DNA of 64,000 nucleotides from Lophium mytilinum (Eukaryota): NCBI GenBank assembly GCA_010093605.1, contig MU004189.1, positions 255,834 to 319,833 of the forward strand, read 5' to 3'. Shown piece by piece: positions 62,804 to 64,000 of this stretch (position 1 is its first letter; each line of letters starts with the position of its first letter). The notes under the pieces were generated by a model. It saw only the letters and a program-made list of their open reading frames with translations, ran no database searches and was not told where the DNA came from. The position numbers and the translations under genes were made by a program.

Positions 62804-63431
62804 GTTGAGGAGAGAGACACGGCCGGCACGTGTGTATAGCTCTATCTTCCTTCAAGACTTCTCTTTTTCCTATACATCACTATAATCTTCTCACTTGAAA
62901 TAGAATATGGTTAGCTTCTGAAAACTGGAGAGGATAAAGAGCATATGTGCTTCTTAACTAGCTACTTCTTTACGATGGTAAAGCAAAGCAGTAGAGGCAG
63001 GTAATGAACAGTATCATTTACTTTATATTGGTAATAACCACTTATTAGTGGAAGTTATAATCACCATCACCACAAACCGATCAACCTAGTTAGTAACCCA
63101 TCGACCCGCTTTCTTCAATCCTTCGAATCCTCACTGGCCACTCGCAGCCTCTCGCACTAACTGCATACGTCCTCTTCGCCAGGCTCCCAAGCCTCTCTAT
63201 GATCAGATCGTCCGAGAGTAAGACCTAGTTGATCGGCAGTCGCAGTCTATCCATCTAGAGATATCTTGTCGAAGAATTACCTAATTAGCAAGAGCTCTGA
63301 GGAAAGAAGTTGGGGCACGGGTGCAGTACCGAGTGTTTAGACATAAGTTTGAGACCCGCCTACGAACTTTGATCCAGGTCACGTGTACGGCCGAGATAGG
63401 AAGGTGCGAGGAAACCGTGGAGCACAGATGC

Positions 63432-63527
63432 AAAGTTTGAACCAGAACTGCGAAAGTTTGAACCAGAATTGCGAAAGTTTGAACCAGAATTGCGAAAGTT
63501 TGAACCAGTGTTGAAGTTTGAACGAGA
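63432..63527. repeat. 21-bp minisatellite (AAAGTTTGAACCAGAATTGCG) x ~4.5
   Basis: Directly visible. Confidence 0.92.
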
Positions 63528-63581
63528 TCACGTGGAAGAAGTGCTTATTAAGACCGACCACTCATTAATGCTAGGCGGTTT

Positions 63582-63700
63582 AATCGACCCTTTAAATCGA
63601 CCCTTTCAATCGATCCTTTCAATCGACCCTCGCAATCGACCCTTTTATTCGACCCTTTTAATCGACCCTTTTAATCGACCCTTCTAATTCCCCTTCTAAT
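63582..63700. repeat. 12-13-bp tandem repeat (AATCGACCCTTTT-like) x ~9
   Basis: Directly visible degenerate array. Confidence 0.9.
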
Positions 63701-63819
63701 TGTTCCTGCTAAAGCAATCTAATCGCGAGCTTAGCGGGTGTCAAGGGAATTACCTCCCAAAAAGGATGCAACACGCGAAAAGAACAGAACCCTGGCCCGA
63801 GGCTCGATTCGACCATGTA

Positions 63820-64000
63820 CCCTCCGCGTATACGCTGCGTCTCACGGAAAATCGAGTAATGCCGTCAGATCTGGGAATGTTTTTAGTTGAAGGGGGACGA
63901 AGCGTTACCGCCTTGTGCTGACCCAGCTCCTTCACGTTTTGGGCTCTTTAAGTGGAAAGAGATACAGATCTAACCGCGTAGAAGGAGTTTACTTAGACGC
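63820..64000. repeat. Two copies of repeat family A in opposite orientations
   Basis: 63837-63905 matches unit 2 (3105-3172) through a shared GCCGTCAGATCTGGGA. 63934-64000 contains ATCTAACCGCGT-N15-AGACGC, the exact reverse complement of the boxes at 3428-3460. Confidence 0.8.

Noticed and set aside
1..64000. tRNA, rRNA or autonomous transposon/Starship captain genes
   Set aside because: None recognised by eye: no transposase, reverse transcriptase, tyrosine recombinase or RNA-gene signature. A tRNAscan/Infernal run would be needed to exclude small RNAs.

Overview
64 kb of a filamentous ascomycete chromosome, probably a Dothideomycete (inferred from gene content, short spliceosomal introns with CTAAC/CTGAC branch points, and RIP-type mutations). 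About 24 protein-coding genes can be reconstructed. Most are housekeeping genes: cdc25, SLD5, RPA1, SEC18/NSF, KXD1-like, ADA1/HFI1, ARE-type sterol acyltransferase, APN1, a PXA-PX nexin, a GH128 glucanase, a FUSC-family transporter and a Zn2Cys6 transcription factor. There is also an intact ~2,280-aa DNMT5 (C5-methyltransferase fused to SNF2 and RING). The most unusual items are: (1) a 4-exon gene fusing a HeLo-like NLR-effector domain to a Bem1-like PX domain and two divergent SH3 domains; (2) two dispersed non-coding repeat families, one built from conserved boxes at fixed spacing (3.0-3.6 kb, 12.8 kb, 63.8-64 kb) and one ~185-bp unit array with uneven RIP (13-14 kb, 53 kb); (3) recurrent sharp C/A-rich to G/T-rich strand-composition switches that cut through coding sequences; (4) a gene whose two introns both appear to be GC-AG. 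All family assignments come from motif recognition by eye; no database searches were run.
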